DNA of 46,873 nt from Promethearchaeota archaeon (GTDB lineage: Archaea > Asgardarchaeota > Lokiarchaeia > Sigyniarchaeales > SOKP01). Below the pieces are notes generated by a model, which made no database searches, was not told the DNA's origin, and saw only the letters and a program-made list of their open reading frames with translations. Made by a program: the position numbers and the translations under genes. The stretch covers positions 1 through 46,873 of the forward strand of contig JAEOSD010000003.1 of the NCBI GenBank assembly GCA_016840545.1. Direction: 5' to 3'. This document shows, one piece after another, positions 10,179 to 19,281 of this stretch; positions within the stretch are counted from its first letter, which is position 1; every line of letters starts with the position of its first letter.

Positions 10179-10550
10179 TTATTTTGTTCTAAGTGCTGTT
10201 GTAATGGCTCGGGTCAAACGTATAACTTCTATAATTTTACCTTTTTCTACAGTTATTTCCTCACGACTAATGGCATGAGTAAAATCACCTTTTCCCTCAC
10301 AAATTCTTACTACTGCATTAATATTCCCAGTCATGACAACATCCGGTTCTGAAGCCTTTCCATCAAATATTTTTACTTTTCTCGTTTTAATTTCAACAAA
10401 AAAGGGGTCTTCATTATCCAAATTAAATTGAAAAACCATATCCCAATCTATTGGTTTTCCTGCAATATCCGTTATAAATACTTGGTCTACTTTTGGATTT
10501 ATATTCATTTTTTCAGCAATCTTATCAAAATTTTCTTTTGCTACACCCAT
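10179..10550 (-). CDS. SCP2 sterol/lipid-binding domain protein
   Basis: FQFNLDNEDPFFVEIK...GKASEPDVVMTG...GKGDFTHAISREEITVEKG; directly follows DUF35. Confidence 0.8.
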   Translation of the reverse strand: MGVAKENFDKIAEKMNINPKVDQVFITDIAGKPIDWDMVFQFNLDNEDPFFVEIKTRKVKIFDGKASEPDVVMTGNINAVVRICEGKGDFTHAISREEITVEKGKIIEVIRLTRAITTALRTK

Positions 10551-10553
10551 TTA

Positions 10554-11054
10554 TTATTCACCTCCTTCAAATTCAGGTTTATTTGCCCATGTCTCGTATT
10601 CATCTTCTGGTACAAAGAAAAAATCAGTCATTTTTCCTTCCCTTTCATCTGACTTTTTAAATACTGCTCTCACACGACGTCCTTTCTTAATTTTCGAAGG
10701 TACTAAGTTTTCTGAAAATATCCCTTGAAATAATGAGTTATCAGCTCCATCTAACTTAATAAAGCCACATCCATAGGGTACATTTTTAATAAATTCTGCA
10801 GCCCCATACCATACGATCGTACTAACTTCAATAGTCCCTGTATGAGGCATTTCAACCCATTCAGCTGGAGTATAACACTCAGAACAATGTTTCCTCGGAG
10901 GCATCCATATTTTTCCGCATTTTGCACATTTAGTTCCATGAAGCTTTTTATTTTTCATTAATTCAATGAAAAATTTCGATTGACCTCCCATAGTATATTT
11001 ATAATCAATTTGAATCTTATCACGTATTTGGTGATCTTCGAATTTTTCACTCAT
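10554..11054 (-). CDS. DUF35 Zn-ribbon/OB-fold acyl-CoA-binding protein (thiolase partner)
   Basis: GTKCAKCGKIWMPPRKHCSEC; PYGCGFIKLDGAD; GRRVRAVF; overlaps the thiolase stop codon (ATGA). Confidence 0.92.
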   Translation of the reverse strand: MSEKFEDHQIRDKIQIDYKYTMGGQSKFFIELMKNKKLHGTKCAKCGKIWMPPRKHCSECYTPAEWVEMPHTGTIEVSTIVWYGAAEFIKNVPYGCGFIKLDGADNSLFQGIFSENLVPSKIKKGRRVRAVFKKSDEREGKMTDFFFVPEDEYETWANKPEFEGGE

Positions 11055-12295
11055 GGTTTTTTCAATCCCTCCTCATTTGTCATTATTATTACTGCAGCAT
11101 ATGCAGCTCCAGGACCACCTATTGAATGGGAGATCGCCCTTCCCTTTTCAATTGTTTTAAGTTGATGTTTACCTGCATCACCTCTTAATTGAAGTGCTGC
11201 TTCTCCCGTTGACATTATTCCTGTCGCTCCCACTGCATGACCACAGCCTATTAATCCTCCACATGGGCAACATGGCATTTCTCCATCTATAAAAGGACCT
11301 CCTGATTCAATCCATTTTCCACCTTCTCCGAAAGGTACGAAACCTAACTCTTCATATGAAATCACTTCTTGTCCTGAAAATGCATCGTGCAGTTCAGCGC
11401 AATCTATTTGATCTTTAATCTTATCGTAATCTAAATCCGCCATTTTATATGCTGCTTTTGCTGCATAGATATTTGAATAAAGACGACCCATATCTTCTCT
11501 ATTCCCTATAAAACAATCTGTATTTGCTGCGCCTACTCCTGTAATCCAAATTGGATTTTCGACTTTTAATTCTTTTACTTTTTCTTCATTAGCTAAAATC
11601 AATGCTGCTGAAGCTTCCGAGTAAAGACAACAATCTAGCATTTTAAAAGGATAGCAAATAATTCTCGAATTCATCACATCTTCAACAGTAATTTTCATTG
11701 GAGATTGTGCTTTTGGATTATTCATAGCATTACCATGATTTTTGACAGATACTAAAGCCATTTGCTCTTCTGTTGGATTCCCAAATTCTTCAAAATGGGC
11801 GTTCACCATAGTAACATAAGAACTCGCCGCCATCATACCCATAGGATATTCATAAGTCATGTCGGCAGAATATGCAATAGCATTTAATACTTCTGGAGTT
11901 GTAGTTCCTGTCTGTTCATCATAACAGTCATTACATTTCTCTACACCTAAACAAAGACATAGATCTGATATTCCAGATGCTACTTCTGCATATGCCATTC
12001 TTACAGTATATCCTCCTGTCGCACCACCTGTCGCTATTCTAGTACCTGGCTTATTATTCATCCCTAAATAAGAATTGATAAAAATATCAGGCATAAATTG
12101 CCGTTCAAATAACTCGTTATATATCCCATAAACAGTAGATTGAAGGTTTTTGTGAGTTATTTCAGCTCCATTTTTATTAGCATCTTCAAGCGCTAATTTT
12201 GTGGCATCATATGCAAGTTCAAAATATGTTTTATCTAAGTATCGAGCTTTAAATGGTGTTATTCCAATTCCGATTATAGCTATTTTTTTATGCAT
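11051..12295 (-). CDS. SCP2-type thiolase-fold protein lacking the acyl-accepting Cys (Ltp2/Ltp3-like)
   Basis: GVEK, VKNHGNAMNNPKAQ, ELHDAFS, GHAVGATG; the usual xCxSG motif is replaced by ATGGATGG. Confidence 0.88.
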   Translation of the reverse strand: MHKKIAIIGIGITPFKARYLDKTYFELAYDATKLALEDANKNGAEITHKNLQSTVYGIYNELFERQFMPDIFINSYLGMNNKPGTRIATGGATGGYTVRMAYAEVASGISDLCLCLGVEKCNDCYDEQTGTTTPEVLNAIAYSADMTYEYPMGMMAASSYVTMVNAHFEEFGNPTEEQMALVSVKNHGNAMNNPKAQSPMKITVEDVMNSRIICYPFKMLDCCLYSEASAALILANEEKVKELKVENPIWITGVGAANTDCFIGNREDMGRLYSNIYAAKAAYKMADLDYDKIKDQIDCAELHDAFSGQEVISYEELGFVPFGEGGKWIESGGPFIDGEMPCCPCGGLIGCGHAVGATGIMSTGEAALQLRGDAGKHQLKTIEKGRAISHSIGGPGAAYAAVIIMTNEEGLKKP

Positions 12296-12531
12296 TATTA
12301 TTTTTCACTACTAAAAGTATTATTACTTTGTTTTTTTAATATTTTAATGAATTAAATTTAATTTCGTTAAAAAAGTATTTAATTGTTAAATTTTCTCATA
12401 AAAAAAGAAATATAATTTTACTTTCAGAATTTTTCTGGAATTTGTTTTTTATATAAAAAAAAATTTATGATTGTAAAGACTCTAAGTTTTTTAATTGTAA
12501 TCATCATTAAAAGAACTTAGAGGCTAAAATT

Positions 12532-12945
12532 ATGTCATATCTCCAGAATAAATACTTAATGGAAAATAATTATTATCATCTAGAGATTGTTGGTATTTAT
12601 TATACAAAGAATGGAAAATATTTATCTAAATTACCAACGAAAACCCTTTTAGAATTAAGAGCAGAACCAAATAATAGATATGATAAATTCGCGGTAAGCG
12701 TCTGGCATAATGACAAAAAATTAGGATATCTTCCACGAAATCAAAATAAATCTTTCTTTATAGCCCTGACCTCGAATAATTTAACTTTAACTTGCCTTCT
12801 TGGTTCTTACATCCCCAGTTCGGAAAAAAAGAATTACGGTAGGAGATTTCAACCGGAACGGGCGAATATCACAATACATACTTATAAAAATGAAATTGAT
12901 TGGCGACCTGTTTCATTAATTCCTGAAGATACGATGGCATACTAA
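12532..12945 (+). CDS. Stand-alone HIRAN domain protein
   Basis: IVGIYY, LRAEPNNRYDKFAVSV, KLGYLPR. Confidence 0.85.
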   Translation: MSYLQNKYLMENNYYHLEIVGIYYTKNGKYLSKLPTKTLLELRAEPNNRYDKFAVSVWHNDKKLGYLPRNQNKSFFIALTSNNLTLTCLLGSYIPSSEKKNYGRRFQPERANITIHTYKNEIDWRPVSLIPEDTMAY

Positions 12946-12957
12946 TATTCCTTCAAA

Positions 12958-13518
12958 TCATTTCATTAATTTAGCAATCAATTCTGGAAGATTTTTTGGG
13001 GTACATGCAATGACATCAATACCCATTTGGTTTATCTTTTTAGCATATGCACGATCATACATAGGCTTACTATTATAGCCAAGAGCAGCAATTCCTAAAA
13101 TTTTTGTTTGTCCTTCCAATACTTGTTTTAATGCTTTAGTTAATTGATCATAACCTCTACCCTCATAAAAATCACTAATTATAACCATAATAGCTTTTTT
13201 TGGGTTTTTAATTAAAGATTGTCCATATCTAACTGCTTTTGTGATATCTGTAAGGCCACCACATGGATATAGATTTTGAGTACCATAGAAAAAGTTTCCA
13301 TCACTATTAAGCAATATTGCATATTCCAATTTATCTGGATGTGTTTGTGATTTAACTATTGCACGAAGTGATTCAATATCTTTATCAATATAAAGTAGAT
13401 TTGACTCTTTTTTAAACATTCTAATAGCTTTAGTAATCCTTGGAGGTATTGTCTCATCTCTTATTGAAAATCTTATTTTATCCACAAACTGTAATACTTT
13501 ATTATCAACTAGACTCAT
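12958..13518 (-). pseudogene. Chimeric ORF: N-terminus of a SWIM-type (TQNL.PCGGL) protein fused to the C-terminal half of a vWA (CoxE-like) protein
   Basis: aa 1-89 end at GTQNLYPCGGL without the CxH of the Zn finger; aa 90-186 read TDITKAVRY...VIISDFYEG...GIDVIACTP, a vWA half lacking the DxSxS MIDAS start. Confidence 0.6.
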
Positions 13519-13716
13519 GACTTATTATCCCTAGATTTTTCTTCCGTTAAACATAAATCATATTTTACTAATTTAAACTATCAATTTTTTTCATCTATTT
13601 AAGAAAGAATAAGAAAAATACAATTTCTTGGAATTTAATACGATATAGACATAGAAAGTGGATAGTTTTTTTAAGTCCAAAATAGTAATATTAATTATAA
13701 TTATGATAATATAAGA

Positions 13717-14751
13717 GTGATTGAAAAAATGATCAAAACACGAATAACAGAAATGTTTGGAATAAAGTATCCCATATTAAGTGCACCGATGGGTCCCTTT
13801 TATACAACTGAGTTGTCTATCGCTGTTTCAGAAGCAGGTGGACTTGGAGTTGTAAGTCATGCTACGTTAAGGGGAAAAAATTCTCTCCAGGATATGAAAC
13901 AACAATTAGAATATGTGATTGAGCATACTGATAAACCCTTTGGTGTAAATGTTCGTACTGCCCGAATTCAAACTGATCATAAAATTATGTTAAGAAAAAT
14001 GACCCAATGGTGCAAAGAAAATTCTAAATTACGAGAACAATTAGTGTATATATTAACAAGCGCCGGAAGTCCTCGTTTCGCAAGTCAATTATTAAAACAA
14101 AAGGCTCCTCAAATAAAACATTTTCATGTTGGGCCAGCCTTGTGGTTGATTGATAAAATTGTTGGTTCTGGATGTGATGGAATTGTTGCTACGGGTACAG
14201 AAGGTGGTGGACATCAAAGTTATGAAGGGATTAGTACTCTTGTTTTAGTTCAACAAGCAGTCATAAAATATCCAGATAAACCTGTAATAGCATGTGGTGG
14301 TATTTCTAGCCCAGAAGGTGTAGCTTCTGGATTAGCTATGGGTGCTGATGCCGTTGCTATGGGTACCAGGTTTATTGCTTCAAAGGAAAGTGAATTTCAT
14401 CCTAATTATAAAGCTCTTATCCCTCCAGCGACTGCTCGGGATACATTACTAACTACAGGAGGGTTTGGGCCAATAAGATTATTAAAAAATAAATATTCTT
14501 TGGAACATGGAGAAATCATGACAAAAGAACAAAAGGTCTCCCAAGAACTAGCTTATGAAATGAATGAATATTTAAAGGATCTTTATGCATATGAAGTTGT
14601 TTACACAAAAGGTGATGTAGAAAATGGAGCAATACCAGTAGGTCAAACATGTGGATTAATCAATTCTATAATGGATGTAGGTGACATTATTACTAGTTTC
14701 TCAAAGGGAGCTGAAAAAATCTTAAAGGGTTTATGCTCTAAAATTTCATAA
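13717..14751 (+). CDS. Nitronate monooxygenase / FabK-like FMN-dependent enoyl reductase
   Basis: YPILSAPMG, AVSEAGGLG, KPFGVN, GTEGGGH, PVIACGGI, GADAVAMGTRF. Confidence 0.9.
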   Translation: MIEKMIKTRITEMFGIKYPILSAPMGPFYTTELSIAVSEAGGLGVVSHATLRGKNSLQDMKQQLEYVIEHTDKPFGVNVRTARIQTDHKIMLRKMTQWCKENSKLREQLVYILTSAGSPRFASQLLKQKAPQIKHFHVGPALWLIDKIVGSGCDGIVATGTEGGGHQSYEGISTLVLVQQAVIKYPDKPVIACGGISSPEGVASGLAMGADAVAMGTRFIASKESEFHPNYKALIPPATARDTLLTTGGFGPIRLLKNKYSLEHGEIMTKEQKVSQELAYEMNEYLKDLYAYEVVYTKGDVENGAIPVGQTCGLINSIMDVGDIITSFSKGAEKILKGLCSKIS

Positions 14752-14799
14752 TTGGTCTAATAAATACTAATTTTTTTAAAATATCTTTCTTTTTAAAAT

Positions 14800-15084
14800 T
14801 TGATCTCAGATATGAAGGCTGCTTCAAATGAATTACGAGAAAAAATAAAAGAATTATCTGAGATAGTATATAAAGCTACTACTATTTTAGAAAAGTGTAA
14901 ATCATGTGGTACTTGCATAAAATTTTGTCCTTTAAATATTAGAATGTTTAATGATAAAGGTATAGCAATAACCGTTAAATCTAATAAATCCTGCCGAGGA
15001 TGTTCAGTATGTTACCATAGATGTCCTAATCAAGCAATAGATTTAAAACATTTTAAAAACAATGGAAAAACGAGGGATAAATAA
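14800..15084 (+). CDS. 2[4Fe-4S] ferredoxin-like protein
   Basis: CKSCGTCIKFCP and CRGCSVCYHRCP. Confidence 0.9.
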   Translation: MISDMKAASNELREKIKELSEIVYKATTILEKCKSCGTCIKFCPLNIRMFNDKGIAITVKSNKSCRGCSVCYHRCPNQAIDLKHFKNNGKTRDK

Positions 15085-15092
15085 TTACCCTG

Positions 15093-15710
15093 TTATCCTT
15101 TTACTTTACTCCAAAATCTTGGGATTAAAGCTCCTGTATTCTTTCTATAAAATAGATAACTCTCACCATATCTTTTTATTAAATCTTTTTCCTCAAAATA
15201 TATTACGATCGGAGTAATAAGTAACATTAATAATATTATCCAGATCAAATAAAATAGAGAATTTAATATTAAACAGAATATAAAAAACATTAGTATAGAC
15301 CCTGAGATTTGAGGGTGTCTTATATGTTTATAAATCCCTCCATACATTTGGGTTTCTTTGGATGTTTCTACAGTTTCTCTTCCAGCATCTTTCAATGCTC
15401 TTATTAAGATATAGAAACTTGGAATCGCAATCAATACTGCAGTAGCTATTAAAAAGAGATAATTTTCTGAAATTCTCCAATTAAGAACAGAAATCGGAAA
15501 CCAAATCCACATTAAAATTGAGACAATTAGAATTAAAAATAAAATATCTGATATAATCCTAAAAATAGCACATAATTTCCATGATCTTTCTCCAATCTTC
15601 TCTTCAAGAGTTACAGGTATAACACTTAATATGTAAAAGAAGAAAGTTAGAAAAATACTCAGGTTAAGAGTTAGAAAGCTAATCCAACTCAATATTTCAA
15701 ATAACGACAT
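15093..15710 (-). CDS. ICMT/PEMT-family membrane methyltransferase
   Basis: GIYKHIRHPQ, EEKDLIKRYGESYLFYRKNT..LIP; multiple TM segments. Confidence 0.85.
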   Translation of the reverse strand: MSLFEILSWISFLTLNLSIFLTFFFYILSVIPVTLEEKIGERSWKLCAIFRIISDILFLILIVSILMWIWFPISVLNWRISENYLFLIATAVLIAIPSFYILIRALKDAGRETVETSKETQMYGGIYKHIRHPQISGSILMFFIFCLILNSLFYLIWIILLMLLITPIVIYFEEKDLIKRYGESYLFYRKNTGALIPRFWSKVKG

Positions 15711-15725
15711 TTTATATTCAATACA

Positions 15726-16163
15726 TTAAATTTTTGGTATATATAATTTTTTATCTGGGATAAAGCTCATCATAACTAGATCTGTTCTAATCTCCCAGCC
15801 TAATTTAGCATAAAAAGCTATAACCTCTTCATTGCGCTTTTCGATGAATAGATGTATTTTATGAACTCTTTTTTGTTGAAATCTTTCTATTAACTCATCC
15901 ATTAATAATGTACCATATCCTTTTTTCTGATATTCTGGGTCAATAGCTAAATGATGCACATACCCTCTTCTACCATCAAAACCACCCATTATTACACCTA
16001 TTACTTTTTCATCTATTTTAGCAATTAAGCAAAGATCCGGGTTTCTATTTAACATTACATTAAGTTCATCTTTGGTATCTGAAGATGTAATACTAATTCC
16101 AGTTCTTTTCCAGATCTCTACAACATCTTCATAAAATTGTAAGGAAAAATTTTCGATCTTCAT
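15726..16163 (-). CDS. GNAT acetyltransferase (YpeA-like)
   Basis: MGGFDGRRGYVHHLAIDPEYQKKGYG, FYAKLGW. Confidence 0.9.
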   Translation of the reverse strand: MKIENFSLQFYEDVVEIWKRTGISITSSDTKDELNVMLNRNPDLCLIAKIDEKVIGVIMGGFDGRRGYVHHLAIDPEYQKKGYGTLLMDELIERFQQKRVHKIHLFIEKRNEEVIAFYAKLGWEIRTDLVMMSFIPDKKLYIPKI

Positions 16164-16170
16164 GGTTTCT

Positions 16171-18285
16171 TCACGAAATATTAGAGGAGAACATATTTAA
16201 CTTATTAATTTTTTTCCTAATTTCAATTTTCTTTTCTATAATCTCTTTTACATAGTTTGAAATTTTCTTCCTTTTGTTAATATCGGATGGTAAAGGCAAA
16301 GCAACTTCCATGATACGATTACCTATTGTTGCTATTGTTCCTTGTACAAATGTAATTGCTTGAATTTGCTTCTGAACGATATCAAGATTAATAAGGTATA
16401 ATAATAAGTATGAATCAATAGCATTATCATTTTCAAGTGCTTTAATTTGATAAATATGGCTTTGGATGATAATTTTTGTATCCAATTCTGTAATATATGC
16501 TGTCTTTCCAATTAAGTTAGGTCCTCCATCTTTAACTAAAAGAATATCTCCTGATTCAATGTTTTGTTTATCTTTATATAACTCATAAACTTCTTCCGAA
16601 GTTTTTTTATTTGAATCGAGATTTACCTCCCAATTATGAATTTCACTCGTACGTATAAAAGGAATTCCCCCTAATCCATAAACATGAGAACCAATTTCAT
16701 CTCCACGGGGAAGATACCCATTTTTATTAGTATAGATTATGTTTTGTTCAATTAAATCTCCAAAAGTAGTTAATATTACATCTTTTTTAGTAGATAATGA
16801 TTTGAGTGTTTTTTCAACTCCCGTATAATAACTTGGTATAAAAATTTCATTTTTTATTTGACTTCTTTTAATTTTAAATATCTTTTGGTTTTTGAAATAA
16901 TCAAAATCTTCACCATTTATTAATTCTAAATGTAAATCTAATAACTCGTCATTAATGGTTGGCTTTCCATCTGAATCAAGTTTTTTACTACCATCCTTAT
17001 TTAGTTTGTATAATACTTTTCCATCTTTATTATGACCAACATTATCTATAATAGCAAAATCAATCGTGTAGTCTTCTGGTACATTTTTAAGTTTCTGAAA
17101 AAATAAAATACTAGCTTTATTACATGTATAAGGCTGAAATGTGTTTTGATCTAATGAAATAACCCCTAAAATTTGACCATTTGAGTTTAAATATTCCCAG
17201 ATATACCTATCTGTTGGATTACCAAATATTCCTTCTGGTAAAACTATTCCCAATTTCCCTCCATTTTTAAGTAATTGGACACATCTTTCAATAAACAAAA
17301 TTTGTGGTGGTTGTTGTTTAACAAGTTTATTTTGCATTACCCATTTATTTCTGGTATTTTTCCATATATGTCCAAATTGATAATTGGATAAAATAGACTT
17401 ATCATTAATTGGAATTTTAGAACCAAAAGGAGGATTAGTTATAATATAGTCAAAAGAGTTTTCTTTTATTATCTTCCCTGCTTCAGCATGATATCCTTTT
17501 ACATCTAAGGAATCTTCACAAAATATATAAGATTTTTCACCACTCAGAATCTCTAAATATAATTTACATAGCTTGACTAAAAACGAGTCTTTATCTATAC
17601 CATATAAATTAGAAATAACTCCAAACTTCTTCTCTTCAATATTTTTTTCATCCGCTCTAAACTTTTTTTCAATTTTTAGCCAAAGTAAATCTTTACTTTC
17701 AAGTAAAAAACCTCCATGACCGCAAGCAGGATCCAAAATTTTATTATCTATTTCTGGATTTAAATAATTTACCATAAATTTTATTACATTAAAGGGTGTA
17801 AAAAATTGCCCTCCCTCATCCTTTAGTATCTTACTTACGAAGATTTCAAAAGCATCACTCAAAATGTCTCGAGAAGAATGTAAGAGTGAAATATTTTGTA
17901 ATTCTTTTACAACTAGATAGACTAATTCTTGGTTTAGATTAATTTTTTCATCCTTACCGATTATATCTTTGTATTTCTCCTTAACATTTCTATTAAAAAA
18001 ATCTTGGATTCTCAAAAATAAAGTGTATTCATTTTCCCCTTTTTTTATACAGAAATCAACAGGTTCTGCGGAAGATTTGTTCTTTTCATCAATTATTTTG
18101 CACAAAAGTAAATTTATAATTTCTTTAGACCTTGATCTAGTATCAGTATCTGTATACTTTAATTTTCCATAAAGGTTTTGGTTAATCTGAGAAAAAGTCT
18201 TCTTTAAATTAGTTACTTTGATTAAATCTTTTATTTTTAGAATTTCTGAATCCTCTTCCATATAATCTGTAATTTTAGCAGACAT
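16171..18285 (-). CDS. N6-adenine DNA methyltransferase (HsdM-like) fused to one HsdS-like target recognition domain
   Basis: GQFFTP, ILDPACGHGGFL (motif I), ITNPPFG (motif IV), LGIVLPEG; C-terminal GIPFIRTSEI...GDILLVKDG...IGKTA TRD. Confidence 0.88.
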   Translation of the reverse strand: MSAKITDYMEEDSEILKIKDLIKVTNLKKTFSQINQNLYGKLKYTDTDTRSRSKEIINLLLCKIIDEKNKSSAEPVDFCIKKGENEYTLFLRIQDFFNRNVKEKYKDIIGKDEKINLNQELVYLVVKELQNISLLHSSRDILSDAFEIFVSKILKDEGGQFFTPFNVIKFMVNYLNPEIDNKILDPACGHGGFLLESKDLLWLKIEKKFRADEKNIEEKKFGVISNLYGIDKDSFLVKLCKLYLEILSGEKSYIFCEDSLDVKGYHAEAGKIIKENSFDYIITNPPFGSKIPINDKSILSNYQFGHIWKNTRNKWVMQNKLVKQQPPQILFIERCVQLLKNGGKLGIVLPEGIFGNPTDRYIWEYLNSNGQILGVISLDQNTFQPYTCNKASILFFQKLKNVPEDYTIDFAIIDNVGHNKDGKVLYKLNKDGSKKLDSDGKPTINDELLDLHLELINGEDFDYFKNQKIFKIKRSQIKNEIFIPSYYTGVEKTLKSLSTKKDVILTTFGDLIEQNIIYTNKNGYLPRGDEIGSHVYGLGGIPFIRTSEIHNWEVNLDSNKKTSEEVYELYKDKQNIESGDILLVKDGGPNLIGKTAYITELDTKIIIQSHIYQIKALENDNAIDSYLLLYLINLDIVQKQIQAITFVQGTIATIGNRIMEVALPLPSDINKRKKISNYVKEIIEKKIEIRKKINKLNMFSSNIS

Positions 18286-18391
18286 TTGATAAAGCTAGGT
18301 ATAAATATGTTTTTTTTGCTTCTTATTCTATAAATCTCTATTGCTATTCAAATTATTATTCTTTTTTATTAAGTGAAAATTAATCTTATTT

Positions 18392-19177
18392 ATGTCTTCT
18401 AATAAATTAAATTTGGGTGAATATATTGAATTTTCAATTAAACGACGGTTTGGTATTATAATCCTTAATAGAATTCATAGATCTAACTCTTTTACAATTG
18501 AACAATTAGAATATCTGAAAAATGCATTAATTCATTGCCAACAAAATGAAAAAATTAAAGGGGTGATACTTACCGCAAATGGAGATAGTTTTAGCACAGG
18601 GATGGATTTACGTGCTGTGACGTCCTATGATTATGAAGGCGTAAAAAAATTAGAACAACTAGCTGCTCAAGTTTGTGAATTATTATATAATGGTAAACCT
18701 TCTATTTGTGCTATTAATGGGCGCACATTGGGGGAAGGGGTTGTATTTTTGGTCTGCTGTGATTACCGCATCGCTATAAAAGACAGTTTCTTTCAAATGC
18801 CTGAAATTAATTCTGCCATATTTCCAGGTACAGGGTGTGTTATTTTATTTTCTAAAATAATAGGAATATCTTGGACTAAGAAAATGCTCATGTTTTCAGA
18901 AAAATTAGATGCTTCAAAGGCTTTAGAAATAGGTCTAATTGATCAGATTGTTGATTCAAAAGAAGATCTTATGAATTTTGCCATGGAGAAAGCAAAATTT
19001 CTTTACTCAAAAAATCAAACTGTTATAAATGCAATCAAGTTATTAAGTAATCATCTACTTGATAAAAATTTCAAAGAAGGTTATGAGTTAGAAAAAATAG
19101 GTTCTGACTGGTATAAATTTGAAAAAAAAGACGAAATGATTTATAATATACGAGAAAAGTTTAATTGGAAACCATAA
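18392..19177 (+). CDS. Crotonase family protein
   Basis: LNRIHRSNSF, FSTGMDL, KPSICAING, CDYRIA, FQMPEI (one catalytic Glu). Confidence 0.88.
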   Translation: MSSNKLNLGEYIEFSIKRRFGIIILNRIHRSNSFTIEQLEYLKNALIHCQQNEKIKGVILTANGDSFSTGMDLRAVTSYDYEGVKKLEQLAAQVCELLYNGKPSICAINGRTLGEGVVFLVCCDYRIAIKDSFFQMPEINSAIFPGTGCVILFSKIIGISWTKKMLMFSEKLDASKALEIGLIDQIVDSKEDLMNFAMEKAKFLYSKNQTVINAIKLLSNHLLDKNFKEGYELEKIGSDWYKFEKKDEMIYNIREKFNWKP

Positions 19178-19281
19178 ATGTTTTTTATCTTATTAAAATA
19201 CTTTATTATAAATACATGAAAATATTAAGGAGATGAAAAGTAATTTCTTGGGAAGAATTTAATGAATATCCTCATTCAATT

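Noticed and set aside
15093-15710. ICMT-like gene as a prenylation partner for the Rab-like protein
   Set aside because: The family is widespread in prokaryotes, the GTPase has no C-terminal Cys/CAAX, and the genes are 9 kb apart
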